From Planctomycetota bacterium (lineage in GTDB: Bacteria > Planctomycetota > UBA8108 > UBA1146): a stretch of 63,672 nt of DNA. The notes beneath the pieces are model-generated. The model worked only from the letters and a program-made list of their open reading frames with translations. It searched no databases and was not told the origin of the DNA. Every line of letters starts with the position of its first letter. The first letter of the stretch is position 1. This document shows, piece by piece, positions 7,863 to 18,483 of the stretch. A program made the position numbers and the translations under genes. The stretch is from positions 1 through 63,672 of the forward strand of contig JAPKAM010000005.1 of assembly GCA_028825265.1 (NCBI GenBank). The letters are read 5' to 3'.

Positions 7863-10505
7863 CTAGTCCTCGTCACCATTCACTCGTTCCTCGATGGTTC
7901 CATCTTCTTGAACAATCCAACTAACATCATCTTTGGTTCCCGGCTCACCGTCTGGACCGACGCTGACGATTCGAGCGATTCCCTGATCATCCGGAGCGTT
8001 GAAGACGGATAGTCGTTGCCCGTATGGATCGACAAGAGCGTCCTCGGCCACGGAATCGAGCATCCTGGCAGCGGCTGGAACAGGAGTTCCTCGTTCACGA
8101 TTCTTGATGCTGGCTGCCATCTCGCGCCCGAGGCGACTGGCGGCGATCTGTGCCTCGATACGAAGTCTCTCATCTCGACTTTTCTGCATCGGGTTGCTGC
8201 GATCCCCTTCGGGGTTGATACGGAAGCGTTGATGATCGATCTCTTGCGGGAAGATATTGTTGCTGCGATCGGCGTCTGCAATTTCAAGTCTGGGATCGAT
8301 CTCGACCCTGACCACAGGCTCGTCGGTGACCAGTAACCTCGATACGGCTCGTGGATCGGAGCGCCACAACTCCGCTGGGATCCTGAAATCCTCAGTCTTT
8401 CCCGATTCGTAGGTCACTCGCAACGGCACCGGCATCAGCAAACCGCCAAAATTTCTCAGCCGAATCACGGTGAAGTTCCAGTCTCTCTCGATCAGTGCGG
8501 CATCTCCTTCATCGAGACGTGAGAGGAAGCGTTCGTACCCTCTTCGGTCCTCTTCCGTCACCTCAAGTTCGTCAAAGGAGTTGTAGAAATCGAGTAACTC
8601 CGGGTATCGATCGGAACGCATCGAAAGACCCGCATTGCCCGCACGACTGATCCATTCCGGATCGGAATCTCGTTCTTCCTGTTGGAGAGGCTTCTCCACA
8701 TCCGGATTGCCGGTATCGAGGTGGTAGCGCACCACCCGCTCGACGGCGAAATCGGTGTGATCGGTGGTGTAGAACCAACCGCGCCAGAACCAGTCCAGAT
8801 CGACTCCGCTGGCATCTTCAAGGGTTCGGAACAGGTCTGCGGGCTCCGGTCTACGGAACGCCCAGCGCCTGGAGTATTCAGCGAAGGCGAAATCGAACAG
8901 CTCTCTCCCGAGAACGCTTTCTCTGAGAATATTGAGTGCGGTGGCAGGTTTTGCGTAGGCGTTGTTTCCAAACTGTAGCAGTTGCTCACTATTGGTCATG
9001 ATGGGCATCTGGTCGGTGCTGGTGATGAAGCCGGTGATGTTGCGTGCTTCACCCCTGCGAGATGGGTATTTTTCTTCCCATAGTTGTTCGGCGATGAACT
9101 GGGCAAAAGTATTGAGGCCTTCATCCATCCAGGTCCACTGGCGCTCATCCGAATTGATGATCATCGGAAACCAGTTGTGCCCCACCTCATGAATGATCAC
9201 ACCGATCAACCCGTACTTGGTTCTCTCTGAATAGGTTCCATCCTCTTCGGGCCGTGGACCATTGAAACAGATCATCGGATATTCCATGCCCCCGATGGGG
9301 CCATTGACACTGATGGCAACGGGATAGGGGTAAGGGATGCTGATCTGCGAATAGACCTCGACGGTGTGGGCCACGGCATGAGTCGAATAACGACTCCACA
9401 ACGGCTCCCCTTCATTGGGGTAGAAGGACATCGCCATCGTGGTGCCCCCTCCTGGCACGGAGACTCCCATCGCATCCCAGATGAATTTCGGAGATGCCGC
9501 CCAGGCGAAATCTCGGACATTCTTGGCATCGAAGGTCCAAGTCTTTACGCCCTTGGATTCCACTTGTTCGTTTGCCAGAGCCTCTTCGGGTGTCACGACG
9601 AAGATCGGTCGGTGGGAGTCTCTGGCCGTGGAGAACCGTTCCTTCTGTTCCTCGGTGAGAACGTCATTCTGATTGACCAGCACACCGGTCGCGCTGACGA
9701 TGAAGGTGTCAGGCACCGTGATGGAGACCAGGTAATCGCCGAATTCGAGGGTGAATTCACCACTGCCGATGAACTGTTTGTTTTGCCAGCCGGCGTAGTC
9801 GGTGTAGGCGCACATACGAGGGAACCACTGGGCGATCTCGTAGATCGCATTCCCGGCATCTTCAAACCACTCGTATCCACCTCGAGCCCGCATGACATCG
9901 GCATTGACGATGGAGTGATTCCACTCCACATCGAATTCCAGAACCTCTCCGGACTTGAGCGGTGAGGCCAGATCGATGCGCATCATCGTGTCGACGATCA
10001 CGTGATGAAAATCGGTACCGGCTGGGCTGCGTACCGCCAAAATTTCATAGCCACCCTGGAACTCTTCTTCGAAGGCCAGGCGCCGCAGCCAGCGAATACT
10101 CTGTTCCTCTCCCAGGTCACTAGGATCTCCAGCATTGCCGATGGAGTCGCTGCGGAAGCGGTTCTGGTCCAGTTGCATCCACAGGTAGGTGAGTTTGTGG
10201 GGTGAGTTGTTGTGGTAAGTGACACGTTCCTTGCCATAAATTCGGTGATTCTCGGCGTCGAGGGTGACCTGGATATTCATGTCAGCCTGTTGCTGCCAGT
10301 ACCCAGGTCCAGGGGCGCCCGATGCCAAGCGTGCCTCGGTGGGTGTCGGTAGCACGTCATCGAGTTGACGGAATGGATCTTCTCGATCGAGTTTGTCGAT
10401 GGCTAGAAATGGCGGTGGGATGTCATCGTGAGGATCGTGGCACAGCCCGATGGTTGGAAGTAGCCCCAGGATGAGGAGTGCAGGAAAGCGCATGAAAACC
10501 ACCAT
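7863..10505 (-). CDS. M1 family metalloaminopeptidase with C-terminal extension
   Basis: GGMEYP and HEVGHNW-x-DEG zinc motif; YWQQQAD; signal peptide. Confidence 0.92.
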   Translation of the reverse strand: MVVFMRFPALLILGLLPTIGLCHDPHDDIPPPFLAIDKLDREDPFRQLDDVLPTPTEARLASGAPGPGYWQQQADMNIQVTLDAENHRIYGKERVTYHNNSPHKLTYLWMQLDQNRFRSDSIGNAGDPSDLGEEQSIRWLRRLAFEEEFQGGYEILAVRSPAGTDFHHVIVDTMMRIDLASPLKSGEVLEFDVEWNHSIVNADVMRARGGYEWFEDAGNAIYEIAQWFPRMCAYTDYAGWQNKQFIGSGEFTLEFGDYLVSITVPDTFIVSATGVLVNQNDVLTEEQKERFSTARDSHRPIFVVTPEEALANEQVESKGVKTWTFDAKNVRDFAWAASPKFIWDAMGVSVPGGGTTMAMSFYPNEGEPLWSRYSTHAVAHTVEVYSQISIPYPYPVAISVNGPIGGMEYPMICFNGPRPEEDGTYSERTKYGLIGVIIHEVGHNWFPMIINSDERQWTWMDEGLNTFAQFIAEQLWEEKYPSRRGEARNITGFITSTDQMPIMTNSEQLLQFGNNAYAKPATALNILRESVLGRELFDFAFAEYSRRWAFRRPEPADLFRTLEDASGVDLDWFWRGWFYTTDHTDFAVERVVRYHLDTGNPDVEKPLQQEERDSDPEWISRAGNAGLSMRSDRYPELLDFYNSFDELEVTEEDRRGYERFLSRLDEGDAALIERDWNFTVIRLRNFGGLLMPVPLRVTYESGKTEDFRIPAELWRSDPRAVSRLLVTDEPVVRVEIDPRLEIADADRSNNIFPQEIDHQRFRINPEGDRSNPMQKSRDERLRIEAQIAASRLGREMAASIKNRERGTPVPAAARMLDSVAEDALVDPYGQRLSVFNAPDDQGIARIVSVGPDGEPGTKDDVSWIVQEDGTIEERVNGDED

Positions 10506-10632
10506 TCCAGTTCGTAATCATTCAGTTGGCGATGACATCCTGGAATCCTCCGGATGGAGTCAGCGACCAGGATGGAAACTGAACCGAATCGGCATGATAG
10601 CCGCAGCGGGTCTCTTGAACTACTGCCGAACT

Positions 10633-10665
10633 GGGTCCGTGACTCTTTTGAGCGTCACGGACCCC
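10633..10665. terminator. Intergenic hairpin, possibly a terminator, after the CDGSH gene
   Basis: 11-bp inverted repeat GGGTCCGTGAC...GTCACGGACCC. Confidence 0.5.
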
Positions 10666-10669
10666 ACCG

Positions 10670-10903
10670 TCAGGAGTGAGAACCGTCGCAGAAGGGAGCG
10701 CCGGAAGTCTTCTTACAGGCGCACAGCGCAACCTTTTTTTTCTCTTCCACTTCGAACACAACGGGGGTCATGCCGGAGCCGGAATGACTTCCATCGCAGA
10801 AAGGATGATTGCTGGATTGGCCACAGGCACACCAAGCATATTTGCCGGCGTCTAGTTCGATGACCACTGGTTTGTTGTCCACGGATCTAGGTTCTTGATT
10901 CAT
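10670..10903 (-). CDS. CDGSH iron-sulfur domain protein (two CDGSH motifs)
   Basis: [17 protein letters not shown] and [17 protein letters not shown]. Confidence 0.92.
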   Translation of the reverse strand: MNQEPRSVDNKPVVIELDAGKYAWCACGQSSNHPFCDGSHSGSGMTPVVFEVEEKKKVALCACKKTSGAPFCDGSHS

Positions 10904-10907
10904 GACT

Positions 10908-11993
10908 TTATTCCGTCTCATGGATGGGTTGAAGAAGTCTCAGACCTAAGTGGCTTGAGAATTCCGATTCGACAATTTCGTTCCAGAAGCATTTCTTGGA
11001 GACATTACTGGAAGGGCGCCCGTTGATCTCGAGGTATGGATTCACGAAGTAGTTGAGAACGGGACCGGCCTGTCGCGGAACCAGTGTCAAGTCTCGACCG
11101 GTGCTGAGGGTCACTCGGTTTTCGGAGTGAGTGCCGAAGTATCGTCCGGCGTTTTGCGGATCTTTATCTGCTTCAGAAATGTCCACCGGAATCCAACCCT
11201 GACCGGGCACATGGAACTCTGCCCAGCAGTGATATCCTCCGGTCTGATATTCACCGACCACGGATTCATATTTACCCCACATACCGATCTGGAACCGGGA
11301 TGGAATGCCGCTCGCAAGGCACAGGGCATTGAAGTAGGTGTGGAAGTCAGTGCAGTTTCCTTTTCCCACATCACAAGCATGCGAGATGTCACCACGACCC
11401 CAGCCCTGATGCTTCTGGTCATAGGACATTCGATCCAAGATGAAGTCGAAAAAGGCTAGAGCCTTTGCCAGGTCAGTGGTCTTGTCGGCGGTCAAGAGTT
11501 CGGCTTCTCGTTTCACCTGAGGAGTGACATAGCAGAGCGAAGATGGAGTCAGGTACTGCGACATCGAATCTCGCGAACGATCATCGGTTTGTTTCGCCAC
11601 CTGGGACTGGTCGATGGAGTACGCGTAACGATCGACGTCGTACTCGATCGTGAAGTTCATCTGTGCAGAGGAACATTTCCCTTCGAAATAGTACATCGAG
11701 TTTCCGAAACGCGACTCGCTGGAAAGAGTTCCTTCGATGGGCGTACGAACCTTCATGTTGGAAATGACCTGATGGTCGTCATCGTGAGGAACGGGTATCC
11801 AGAGCTTGAAATCATCTCCGATGGTGCAGTCCTTCATCGAACTGACATATCGGATGTGGAACACTCTCTCGAGCTGACCTGTCCGCGTCTCGGATGTGGA
11901 AAGCAGCCCACACCCGGATGTCAGGAGCGAGAAGCTCAGCAGTAGCAGTGTCATCTGCGTTCTGGACCGCGGGAAACGGCGGAAGGCGTGCAT
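10908..11993 (-). CDS. Transglutaminase-like domain lipoprotein
   Basis: GNCTDFH, YHCWAEF, GWIPVD catalytic triad pattern; lipobox-like LTSGC; GAGGAG RBS. Confidence 0.88.
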   Translation of the reverse strand: MHAFRRFPRSRTQMTLLLLSFSLLTSGCGLLSTSETRTGQLERVFHIRYVSSMKDCTIGDDFKLWIPVPHDDDHQVISNMKVRTPIEGTLSSESRFGNSMYYFEGKCSSAQMNFTIEYDVDRYAYSIDQSQVAKQTDDRSRDSMSQYLTPSSLCYVTPQVKREAELLTADKTTDLAKALAFFDFILDRMSYDQKHQGWGRGDISHACDVGKGNCTDFHTYFNALCLASGIPSRFQIGMWGKYESVVGEYQTGGYHCWAEFHVPGQGWIPVDISEADKDPQNAGRYFGTHSENRVTLSTGRDLTLVPRQAGPVLNYFVNPYLEINGRPSSNVSKKCFWNEIVESEFSSHLGLRLLQPIHETE

Positions 11994-12098
11994 TTTTAGC
12001 TCCTCGAACCAGCAAACTTGTAGCGATGAGAATGGTCATGATTGAATGGAAAACCGAACATCTGTGGGGTCGCCATCGTGCTTCACCAGTGGGTCAAG

Positions 12099-12938
12099 TC
12101 AAGGTATTACAAGTGGCTGGCGCGTTGGCTTCGAAGTGGTCTTCTCGATCTCACGCGATCCATTTTCAAACAGTTGTTTGAGGTCACTCTCTTTTAACGA
12201 GTTCTTTAGCATCTGATCGATTCGATCCTGAGTCCACCCGACTCGACCTTGTGAATGGACACCTATGATGATGGTCTCTTGGATCTCGTTGAGGATTCTC
12301 GAGATGTAACCCTTGGCGATTGCGATGATCGGACTCCACATCAAACGTTTGAAGGTGCCCACCTCTTCCCGTTTCATGACTCCGTCGATGATGATGTCGA
12401 GATTCCTGTGGATTCTGGATGAAGTGGAAATGACCACTGCATCGCCCCACACTTCAGCGGGTCGATTTACTGGCGCTTCGAGAACCCCGGGAATCAGGCT
12501 GAGCAGTGCGTGGAGCATCTGCTGCTCCTGCTCAACCCCATCTCCACCCTGCTTCTTTGCCGAATCGATCATCTGGCTTTTGATCTCTGGTACGGACTTG
12601 CCAGAGATGCGGGATATTCCTTGAAGTCCCGCCTCCAGCATCTGATCCGCGACGGAGTCATCACGATCCACTGCGACGTAGATCAGTTGACGTGGTTCTT
12701 CTCCTGACATTCTTCGGAAGGCTTCTGCAGCGGTATCGGCATGGCCTGCGATTTCACGAGCCGCCCGCACGCTGGTCGCATAGACCAGAACTCCTTCTGA
12801 CTGATAGAGATCCCGCCCCCAGGCGACCAGCGGAAGGCCGCCCTCCTCGGTGACCCGCTCGACCTGCCGACAACCGGTCATCAAGATCGACATCAGCGCC
12901 AACAGGTAGATGAGTTGGGAGCTACGGGAAATCACCAT
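12099..12938 (-). CDS. Hypothetical lipoprotein
   Basis: 279-aa ORF, lipobox-like LMTGC, GGAGGA upstream. Confidence 0.65.
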   Translation of the reverse strand: MVISRSSQLIYLLALMSILMTGCRQVERVTEEGGLPLVAWGRDLYQSEGVLVYATSVRAAREIAGHADTAAEAFRRMSGEEPRQLIYVAVDRDDSVADQMLEAGLQGISRISGKSVPEIKSQMIDSAKKQGGDGVEQEQQMLHALLSLIPGVLEAPVNRPAEVWGDAVVISTSSRIHRNLDIIIDGVMKREEVGTFKRLMWSPIIAIAKGYISRILNEIQETIIIGVHSQGRVGWTQDRIDQMLKNSLKESDLKQLFENGSREIEKTTSKPTRQPLVIP

Positions 12939-13045
12939 AGATGGGCACCTTCCTCCATCTCCATCCGTGCCGAGCCGGCAAACGATGCGGTGGAAATGCT
13001 GGGTTACAGAGCGGATCTAAAACCACGCAGTTGAATCAATCGGAA

Positions 13046-13645
13046 TCATTCATCTGGAGCATCTTTATCGCTGGGAGGTTGCATTTCCAGAATCAATTCC
13101 ACTCGATCGGCGAGGGAAGGGGTCGAAAACAGACGATATCGTTGTTCTGTACTCATCGGGGTGATCATGATGAGGATATCGGAAAGTTGTTGTGCCGAGG
13201 TGTCCTCGGGAAGGTCGACATCGTTTTTGAGTTCGGAGATCGATTCCTGAAGTGACCGAGTTTGCTGGTCGGAAGTAAAGGAGCTTGACTCGACGAGATC
13301 TTCTATCCGAGCCTCAGGATACAACTGGTTACCGATATGAGGATGAATCCTGACACGCTTTTCACCCAGGATCATCACAAGGAAGCGCCCGTCTTCAAGA
13401 GTTTGATATTGTTGGAGTCTTCCCTGGCACGCGATCGGTTGGACCGGTGCATTCTCTTGGAGACGTTCCTTGTCTTTTCCTAGAACCGTCCCGAGGATGA
13501 TTTCGCCAGCATTGTCGAGCAGGTCACGGGTCATCTGGCGGTAACGGGATTCAAAGATGTGAAGAGGTAGAATCTGGCCGGGAAAGAGAATCACATCGGG
13601 CAGCGGAAAAAGAGGTAGTATTCTGGGTCTGGCTTCAAGATTCAT
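13046..13645 (-). CDS. LON peptidase substrate-binding (N-terminal) domain protein
   Basis: LPLFPLPDVILFPGQILPLHIFESRYRQM. Confidence 0.9.
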   Translation of the reverse strand: MNLEARPRILPLFPLPDVILFPGQILPLHIFESRYRQMTRDLLDNAGEIILGTVLGKDKERLQENAPVQPIACQGRLQQYQTLEDGRFLVMILGEKRVRIHPHIGNQLYPEARIEDLVESSSFTSDQQTRSLQESISELKNDVDLPEDTSAQQLSDILIMITPMSTEQRYRLFSTPSLADRVELILEMQPPSDKDAPDE

Positions 13646-14073
13646 CGTGACTTCGATCCAGTGGAAAAGGCCTTGGCGGAGCCGATATGAAATACGAAGT
13701 GGAAAGAAAAGTGGCGACCGATGGTCTGCAGTATCGACGGATCATGTTTGCTTTCATGGCGCTTTCATGTGGCGGATCGAGACGATTGCGATCTTTGCTA
13801 CACTTCAGTATGGGCTAGTTTTGGTGAACTTTTGGGCTCGATTTCGGAACTGATTTTGGTCTCTCTCTGGACAGTGGAGTTGACGACAACCGGGCCGGAG
13901 TCGTTCCAGGTTCCTGCCTCTAAAAATCTCAATCACCCCAACGATGAGAGTCGAATAGGAACCTATCAGAGAAGGGGCGAGGATTCCATGACGCACAGCC
14001 GAAGTATCATGCTCGATGACTCCGCAAGATCGACCTTGCCATCGACCGGTAAGAAAAGGAGTGGAGTGTCTCG

Positions 14074-14742
14074 ATGATGCGTCAAGATAAAGCAGATAAG
14101 GTGGCGAAGATTCTCGCCCGGTTGTATCCAGATCCTCCCATCCCACTTCAGCACGACAGCACATTTACTTTGTTGATCGCAGTGCTGCTCTCGGCGCAAA
14201 CCACCGATGCGAGGGTCAATCTGGTGACCCCTGGGCTTTTCAAACGAGCCAGGACTGCCGCAAAGATGGCCCAGCTGGAGGTGGCGGAGATCCTCGAACA
14301 GATCCGGACTTGCGGGTTAGCACCGAAGAAGGCGAAAGCGATCAGGGATCTCTCGCGGATCCTTGTCGAAAAGCACGGCTCCCAGGTGCCGGCACACTTC
14401 GAAGGTCTAGAGGCGCTCCCTGGAGTGGGGCACAAGACCGCCAGCGTGGTGATGGCGCAAGCATTTGGAGTTGCGGCATTCCCGGTCGACACTCACATCC
14501 ATCGCCTGGCGGCCCGTTGGGGTCTCTCCACCGGTAAAAACGTCGAGAAGACCGAGGCGGATTTGAAGAAGTTGTTTCCCGAACGGCTGTGGAATGATCT
14601 GCACCTTCAGATCATCTATTTTGGTCGTGAGCACTGTCCGGCCAGGGGACACGATCTCTCGACCTGCAAGATTTGCTCATGGGCAGCCACTGCGAAAAGG
14701 GTTCGTGAAGAGGCGAGTAAGAAGGGTGGTGCTAGGCGTTGA
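14074..14742 (+). CDS. nth: Endonuclease III
   Basis: LLIAVLLSAQTTD, HhH motif LPGVGHKTA, PVDTHIHR, C-terminal Cys cluster. Confidence 0.95.
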   Translation: MMRQDKADKVAKILARLYPDPPIPLQHDSTFTLLIAVLLSAQTTDARVNLVTPGLFKRARTAAKMAQLEVAEILEQIRTCGLAPKKAKAIRDLSRILVEKHGSQVPAHFEGLEALPGVGHKTASVVMAQAFGVAAFPVDTHIHRLAARWGLSTGKNVEKTEADLKKLFPERLWNDLHLQIIYFGREHCPARGHDLSTCKICSWAATAKRVREEASKKGGARR

Positions 14743-14804
14743 ACTTCTGATCGAGAAGTTCTGGCGGCGATGCGAGCGGCGATGAGAGCGGCGAGCAGCG
14801 ATGA

Positions 14805-14848
14805 GAAACACCCCGCCCGGCTTCAGCGCCGCACGGGGTGTTTTTCTT
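14805..14848. terminator. Bidirectional terminator between convergent genes
   Basis: GAAACACCCCG...CGGGGTGTTTTTC inverted repeat with A/T tracts on both flanks. Confidence 0.7.
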
Positions 14849-14875
14849 CCTCGGTGGCGCTACCGCCCCGATCGA

Positions 14876-16216
14876 TCAGCAGCCGTTGTAGATCTGGCAG
14901 TTCTGCGGTTCTCCGGCATTTCCACAACTGGGGAAAGGAGGAGGAGGTGCCGCTCCGTTGGTGAAGATGTAGGAGATCAACCAGACCGGATCCGCAACAT
15001 CGAACAGTTGGTCTGCATTGGAATCCTTGGAGTCGTGGCAGGTTCCTTGAGGACCCGAGTTGAAGATTTCCTGCAATGACCAGACGACATCTGCGACGTC
15101 AGTGATACCGTCGCCATTGGAATCCCCGCGAACGAAATCCAGCACCGACTGAGGATTCAGGATCAGTGATCCATCATAGGTTATGGGGGCAAGGCTCTGA
15201 TTGTTGAAAGTGATCACATTGAAGATCGGTGGAGTGCTGTGACTTTGCCAGGAGAGTGGTACGGTCGCTCCTACCTCATCTCCGGCCAGGACCGATTGCA
15301 CGGTGGATCCCGTTAGGCTGACGGCATTCGTTGGACTGGAAAACTGGATGTATACCGGCAACTGAAAAGCGTACACCACTCCAATCGCCCAACCCGATTC
15401 GGTCAGGATCGCCTCGGAGAATGCAGGGTTCGCCTGAGCGACGGGCCCGGCCACCATGGCTCCCGTGGGAACGATGTAGGTCGAGTCGGTGACCAAACTC
15501 ATCGAGAAGCCTTGAGTGTTGGAAGGGTAGGTCGCATTGGCTGGATCTTCTGCGATGGTCATGAGTGCGTTGAAGTTGGCCGAACCGTCGATGGGGTCAT
15601 AGTTGACCTGTTTGTCGGGAGCGGTGAAGTAGAACAGTGTCGGAGGCTGCTCGAGTATCTCGATGGTGCCATCGGTGCTACTCATCGGATTCGAGCTTCC
15701 ATTGACCACCGCGACGCTGGAAACCGGTGGGTTGCCGAGGATATTGCAGAGGCCAACAGTGGTCAACGTCCCGGCCGGTCCGAGCAGGCGGTAAAAAGCG
15801 GTTCCGATCTCGGTCGAACCCACATCCATGACGGCACAGGAGGTGAAACAAATCACGCATCCGACCGCCCAGCCGCCCGATTCAAGGTTTTGCTGGAGGA
15901 AATCAGGTGGCGAACCATTCTTGATGGTTTCCATCTCGGTGGACCAGTCGATGACGTAGTCAAATTCTCCTGTGCCGGGTCCAACCGGTTCTAGTGCGAC
16001 CATGTTGGTATCGTGGCAAACTCCGAAAGAGAACCCCTGGACCCCTGTAGGAGCGGAATGGGTGAGAGTGAGAGTGACTGGAACGAGTCCGCCTTCGGCT
16101 GCAGAGCCGCTGGAGAAACTCATGTCGTAGCCACCACCCATGGCTGTGGCCAGGGCTGGAAACTGAAATAGCATCAGGCTGGCCAGTATTGCAGCGTGGA
16201 TCGGTCGAATTTTCAT
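14876..16216 (-). CDS. Secreted protein with two cohesin-like beta-sandwich repeats and a C-terminal dockerin-like domain
   Basis: Signal peptide; repeated QGFS...GWA.G.V motifs; C-terminal FVRGDSNGDG..DVAD...DSNAD..FDVAD duplicated Ca-binding loops. Confidence 0.75.
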   Translation of the reverse strand: MKIRPIHAAILASLMLFQFPALATAMGGGYDMSFSSGSAAEGGLVPVTLTLTHSAPTGVQGFSFGVCHDTNMVALEPVGPGTGEFDYVIDWSTEMETIKNGSPPDFLQQNLESGGWAVGCVICFTSCAVMDVGSTEIGTAFYRLLGPAGTLTTVGLCNILGNPPVSSVAVVNGSSNPMSSTDGTIEILEQPPTLFYFTAPDKQVNYDPIDGSANFNALMTIAEDPANATYPSNTQGFSMSLVTDSTYIVPTGAMVAGPVAQANPAFSEAILTESGWAIGVVYAFQLPVYIQFSSPTNAVSLTGSTVQSVLAGDEVGATVPLSWQSHSTPPIFNVITFNNQSLAPITYDGSLILNPQSVLDFVRGDSNGDGITDVADVVWSLQEIFNSGPQGTCHDSKDSNADQLFDVADPVWLISYIFTNGAAPPPPFPSCGNAGEPQNCQIYNGC

Positions 16217-16459
16217 GGCGATCGTCTCCTCTTATGATTCAGGTGTTACCGTGGAATTCCTGGCAACAGACTCCGTCTCCCGTGATGATCGCCATGGCGA
16301 AGCCAGACCGATCAGTTGCATATTACCTCTCACCTTAAATACTATCGGACGACGGTGTGATTCGATAGGAGCGGTTCACGAGGTTCAGGAGAGACTCATT
16401 ACGATATTTGTACTAATTCGTCACAATAAGTCCTGCAAACTTGACTGGAGAGGCTGTTG

Positions 16460-18175
16460 ATGTCCGATATACACGATACGGCTGCCGGTGAAGCGGCCAG
16501 GCCTGACAATTTCATCGAGAAAAAGATCCTTTCGGATGGGAGTTCCGGACCCTCTGGCGGGCGGATTCAGGTTCGATTCCCACCAGAACCGAATGGCTAC
16601 CTGCACATCGGCCATGCCAAGGCGATCTGTCTCAACTTTGGTCTGGCTGCAAAATTTGCTGGACGCTGTAATCTTCGATTCGATGACACCAATCCGTCTC
16701 GTGAAGAGCAGGAGTATGTCGATTCGATTCAAGATGACATCCGCTGGCTCGGATTCGAGTGGGATCAACTGTGTTTTGCATCGGACTACTTCGATCAACT
16801 CTATCAGTGGGCGACCCAGTTGATCGGTCAGGGAGACGCCTATGTGTGCGATCTCACAGGTGAAGAGGTTCGACAGTACCGTGGAAGTTTGACCGAGCCT
16901 GGGCGGAATGGCCCGCATCGAGGGCGCTCCATCGAGGAAAACCTGGATCTGTTCGGCCGCATGAAAGCGGGAGAATTTCCTGACGGGGCGAAGACGCTAA
17001 GGGCCAAGATCGACATGGAATCTGCCCATATCGTCATGCGGGATCCGGTCATGTACCGAATCCACCGCTCGATGCATCACCGAACCGGCGATACCTGGTG
17101 CATGTATCCCACCTACGACTGGGCTCATGGTCAAGGCGATGCCATCGAGGGCGTGACTCATTCATTGTGTAGTCTTGAGTTCCAGAATCATCGACCGTTG
17201 TACGATTGGTTCCTCGAAAAGGTCGGCCTCGAGGAGCAGCCCCGACAAACCGAGTTCGCCCGACTGGCACTTTCTTATACCGTGATGAGCAAGCGGTCCT
17301 TGAGAACTCTCATCGAGGATGGGCATGTCGAGGGGTGGGACGATCCACGACTTCCGACTCTCTCGGGAATCAGGCGTCGCGGTTACACTCCAGAATCGAT
17401 TCGGAATTTCATGGCAGGAATTGGAGTGGCCAAGTTCAACTCGATCATCGAATATTCGGTGCTGGAAAATTCGGTTCGCGATCATCTCAACAAGATTGCG
17501 ACCCGCAGGATGGCCGTATTCGATCCTCTCAAGTTGGTGATCGAGAACTTCCCTGAAGACCTTCAGGAGATGGTTGAAGCGGTCAACAATCCAGAGGATC
17601 CGCAAGCAGGCACTCGCCAGTTACCCTTCGAGAGGCAAGTATGGGTCGATCGTGATGACTTCCGCCTCGAACCGCCGAGAAAGTGGCGTCGACTGGCTCC
17701 CGGTGCCGAAGTTCGATTGCGATACGGGTACTGCGTGACGGTCAAGGAAGTGATCCAGGATCCCGATAGCGGGGAGGTGCTGGAGTTGAGGTGTGATTAC
17801 GATCCAGACACGGCTCGCGGGCAGACTCCCGACGGCCGAAAAGTTCGAGGCATCATTCACTGGGTTCCCGGTTCGTGCTGCGTCGAGCTACCGGTGCGGC
17901 TTTATTCGCCACTCTTCAGCGTTGCGGATCCTGATCATGTTCCGCAAGGAAAGTCTCTGACCGATTTCCTCAATCCCGATTCGCTGGTCGAGACTACCGC
18001 CTTGTGCGAGCCCTTGCTGGCCGAGGCGGCCGCCGGAGATCGTTTCCAGTTGGAGCGGGTGGGCTACTTCGTGGCGGACCAGAAGTTGTCGAAAGAAGGG
18101 GCGCCCCATCTGGCGAGAATTGCCCCGTTGAGGGATTCCTGGGCCAAGCAAGAGAAGCGGCAGGCTGCTCCCTGA
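16460..18175 (+). CDS. glnS: Glutamine--tRNA ligase
   Basis: RFPPEPNGYLHIGH, LRFDDTNP, MSKR, GWDDPRLPT, FQLERVGYF. Confidence 0.96.
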   Translation: MSDIHDTAAGEAARPDNFIEKKILSDGSSGPSGGRIQVRFPPEPNGYLHIGHAKAICLNFGLAAKFAGRCNLRFDDTNPSREEQEYVDSIQDDIRWLGFEWDQLCFASDYFDQLYQWATQLIGQGDAYVCDLTGEEVRQYRGSLTEPGRNGPHRGRSIEENLDLFGRMKAGEFPDGAKTLRAKIDMESAHIVMRDPVMYRIHRSMHHRTGDTWCMYPTYDWAHGQGDAIEGVTHSLCSLEFQNHRPLYDWFLEKVGLEEQPRQTEFARLALSYTVMSKRSLRTLIEDGHVEGWDDPRLPTLSGIRRRGYTPESIRNFMAGIGVAKFNSIIEYSVLENSVRDHLNKIATRRMAVFDPLKLVIENFPEDLQEMVEAVNNPEDPQAGTRQLPFERQVWVDRDDFRLEPPRKWRRLAPGAEVRLRYGYCVTVKEVIQDPDSGEVLELRCDYDPDTARGQTPDGRKVRGIIHWVPGSCCVELPVRLYSPLFSVADPDHVPQGKSLTDFLNPDSLVETTALCEPLLAEAAAGDRFQLERVGYFVADQKLSKEGAPHLARIAPLRDSWAKQEKRQAAP

Positions 18176-18217
18176 GGTCGATCGGTGGAGATGGCCCGCA
18201 GAATGCAGGATAGCCTC

Positions 18218-18337
18218 GGGGGAACGGGATCGAGTTCCCGAGCCGACCCTGAATTCTTAGGTCAGCAGTCCTTCGGTCCGTAGGGAATCTGCCAACAGGG
18301 AATCGGCATATTGGGCCAGTGATCCGGGACCGCCTCC
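18218..18337. ncRNA. Candidate structured RNA (long interrupted rod)
   Basis: Nested complementarity GGATC/GATCC, CCCGA/TTGGG, GCCGA/TCGGC, CCCTG/CAGGG, GCAG/CTGC in the intergenic region after glnS. Confidence 0.3.
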
Positions 18338-18483
18338 TTGACCGCCCCCCCCATACTTGCGATTCTGAGCGATCTTGGCGGCTTGAGTCCGCTCACGTGT
18401 TTCGTCCGAGTTGCTTCGTCCGAGCTGCTTCGTCACAGGGGTCATTCTGGCCTTCTGGAGGGAGCATTCTGAAAGGAATAATC

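Noticed and set aside
10633-10672. TGA of the CDGSH gene followed by a hairpin (possible third SECIS)
   Set aside because: The protein is complete at CDGSHS, the loop is AAAA with no G, and another TGA follows within five codons
13646-14073. Small ORFs in the LON-domain/nth intergenic region
   Set aside because: No recognisable motifs; most simply a divergent promoter region
14764-14806. Imperfect GCGGCGATG(C/A)GA tandem repeats after nth
   Set aside because: Only 2-3 degenerate copies; no function can be inferred
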